Positions 61,378 through 64,000 of a stretch of 64,000 nt of DNA are shown one piece after another. The translations under genes were made by a program, and so were the position numbers. The stretch's first letter is position 1; every line of letters begins with the position of its first letter. Source of the stretch: Psilocybe cubensis (taxonomy: Eukaryota); the NCBI GenBank assembly GCA_017499595.2, contig CM039001.1, positions 2,294,001 to 2,358,000 of the forward strand, in the 5' to 3' direction. The notes under the pieces are model-generated. The model had not been told where the DNA came from and made no database searches. It was given only the letters and a program-made list of their open reading frames with translations.

Positions 61378-64000
61378 ATGGACAAAGCAGGAAGGGAACA
61401 ACAAAAAACACCCAAGTCAGAAGTACAACAGCGCGAGGATTCAAGAAGCGAAAGAACCTGCGCCAAAACCGGAGACGGCGACGAAACAGCCTAGGAAAGC
61501 TGGACCTTGAGGGGGGACGTGAGGGCCCTCCGTGGTGCACAGTCGCGTCGAGGATGGAACGATCGCCATGGGGCGAGTAGGTAGCTTAGTAGTATAAAGC
61601 CGAGGGAGGGGCCCACCCCTCAGAGGCTATAACACAAAATAAAAAAAAAAAAAAAAAAAAAAAAGAGTGGGTCCTTTATAAATCCTCCAAAGCCACGCAC
61701 CCAAGGTTTTCAAGCCACAAGCCTCGTGCGATAGTGATATTCCATCAGAAAATTTGTTGACGCTATGTCTTCACCGAGTTTCTGACCTGAGGCAGGGTCG
61801 CATAGCCTTTTTATGAAAACGTACGTCCGCCTTTCGGGGTTCAGCCTTGGACCTGCTCTTTTTTATGCAAATCTCCTATATCATCGCTGGCTTACTTATG
61901 CTAACTCCCTCCATTTCAACAATCAACTGCTTCGTTCGCGCTAATTTACTCATGAGCATTGCTCAACTGTTCACTTATTTCCGTTCGTACCTTCCCGCTG
62001 ATCATGTTTTCCGTTATCAGTGCATCATTTGTCCGTGTGTCCTCTCTCATGACTCGTCATTTTTTTTTATTTTTCGGGAGAAAAAGCACTATATGGAATC
62101 TTGGGCGCTCCGAGTGTCTGGTGGATACGTTTTGAAACTCCTACAGAAACTACTTTTGGACATGCGTGTGTGCGTCGTTAAAGGATCACCTGGGATTCTC
62201 ACCCCAGATTTCTGCTACCGCCTATCTTGCATCATCTTCCTGTCGAAAGCCTGCGGAATGGGAGTTGGATTCCCGCTCGTCATGTCAAAATTCGCCATGC
62301 ATGACATGCTACCCGTTTTGATAACGTGCGCCTCTCCCGAGTTATGTATTGCCAGCGTCAAATAACAAATGCATCTGGCAGGCTCTGATCACCATTTTTG
62401 AATGAAGAGTATCAAAGCAAAATCTTTTAATGGGATATCGTCCAACTCGCGAAAGTAGAGTAGAGACGCGTTGGTGAGGTTTTGGTTTAACGGCCGCGGC
62501 CGGTCCGTTCTTTGCTCATTTATATCCCAAAATACCAGAGAGCGGAGAACCAAAAAATCAACATATAGATAGCCTACAACCTAGCTTCTTTCGGTCACCA
62601 CAGATCCACTTTTGTAAGAAATGCCCACGTCTCCGTAGACTTGGTCTGATTTGATCAAAGAGATCAACTCTGCACTGCTTCGAGAGCTCCCCAAGGCCAG
62701 TATTCGCTGCTCAGCTGCCTAAATCCTCCGCCATAATTCCACAGATTCCCAAGGACCATTTAATTTAACACGATCTCATGATATGAAGGAACTGGACCTG
62801 CCTTTCGAGAAACTTCAGGAAAGATGATAACGCTGACAATCAGTTTACCTCTAGTACGGCTTCTACTGAGGTCGATGGGATGGTCCACTGACCTTTCACG
62901 ATATCCCCATACACCAAACCTTGTGGTCCATGACCATGATAGGTCTCTCGATGACTCGATATAAAATTACTTCTCGAGCCTTTATCGATATATATCAAGT
63001 TTTCGGCGTGTGTGGCAATGACCACTTCAACACTGGCGCCTTGGAGAAATTGCGATTTGTCGGAAGATTAGCAAAAAAAATCCGGCAGGTCAGAAAGGTG
63101 GTGGTGGAAAAAATGAATTTCTATCTATCTCGCACGGTAGCCCTGAAGCCAGGAAAGTTCAAGTAAGCAACCGCGAAAAGAGGCAAATCCGGACATGCAT
63201 CAATTGAGTTGATCAACACAGTTCGATTTTACGGTGATATATTCCATAAACGCCACGAAGTTGGCGATAGAAAACGTCTGGTAAGTCACCTTCCTTTTTG
63301 TGACTCGAATCGGTTTTTTTACCCAGCGATGACGCTGTTTTGCCAACAATCCTATGGAGGCATTTAGCTTTTGGAACTTAGTCGCGAGATGTAAATCCGG
63401 AGGAAAATGGCAAACAGAAGGGAGATCTTTCTGTAAACTGCGCCGTTTATGTCGGGATTCGGCCGGTGTCTGACCGTGACCGGTAAACAGGCCGACAAAT
63501 ACGGAAAATGAGCAATTCGATTTCAACGAAGGAGGGCATGCGAAACCTCTCAAAAATCTATAACCATAGCATGTTTCTCTAGCCCCACCTACCGGATCCC
63601 AGTAGAACTAGCAGAAGGTTGCCTCGCTTATACGTCCAGCGTTTCAAGCTTTTGTTACGGACGGGTACGGAGACCACACCGCGACGACCGCAAGAAACTA
63701 TAAAGCTGAAGACGCATACTCTCCGGTCCCTCGAAATACCAGACGATGTTCGTAGAGCGCAGGCCTCCTTCTCTAGAGACAAGTTCACTACTCCAAGAGA
63801 GACCTCCTTCATATCACTCTACGGATGACGTCAACAGCTTAGCTTCGCCCACATATTCCGAACGAGAGCCTGACCCGACGCCGGTCAACCAGTTCTCAAA
63901 AGCAGATAAATGCTGGATCCTCGCAGGTTTGTGGTCAGGGGTTCTACTGGGCGCTTTTGATGGTACGAGCTTTAGACAATTATTCCATCGCACATGGATT

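Larger units (their letters stand above)
55593..61663 (+). mobile_element. Full-length non-LTR retrotransposon (Tad1/I-group LINE)
   Basis: TSD AGAGTGGGTCCT at 55581-55592 and 61664-61675; 24-nt poly(A) 61641-61664; two intact intronless ORFs; A-rich sense strand. Confidence 0.96.

Noticed and set aside
61847-64000. Genes downstream of the LINE
   Set aside because: Only short ORFs with scattered LRR-like words (e.g. LRSLEIP); no supportable gene model, at most decayed debris.

Overview
Intron-rich eukaryotic DNA from a basidiomycete fungus, most likely an agaric mushroom. The evidence is short 50-70 nt GT-AG introns, CTRAC-type branch points and Agaricomycete-style proteins; the ORF track splits most genes into exons. 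1-33 kb is a dense block: Cdt1-like (5'-truncated), alpha/beta hydrolase, Gfo/Idh/MocA oxidoreductase, a hypothetical protein, three adjacent proteasome genes (PRE3, RPN12, PRE10), NUP82-like, a Dal5-type MFS transporter divergent from a GH105 hydrolase, a P450, a NIPA Mg2+ transporter, SEC12-like, TAF9, ISU1, PRP31 and an Srk1/Rck2-type kinase. 33-40.9 kb has no intact protein gene, only weak decayed LRR/F-box-like traces. It also holds the best lead in the window, a candidate telomerase RNA gene at about 38.55-39.15 kb (+): a CCTAACCCTAACC template, a long hairpin ending just 5' of it, pseudoknot-type pairings 3' of it, and a CR4/5-like junction with a P6.1-like UUUGU loop. 40.9-54.4 kb holds Tctex-1, PEX11-like, a small membrane protein, TVP38, an HSF-domain factor and an Nrc-2/Kin82-type kinase. 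55.6-61.7 kb is a complete, apparently young Tad1/I-type LINE with a 12-bp target-site duplication and poly(A) tail. Gene limits, family calls and RNA pairings were all read by eye; no searches or folding programs were run.
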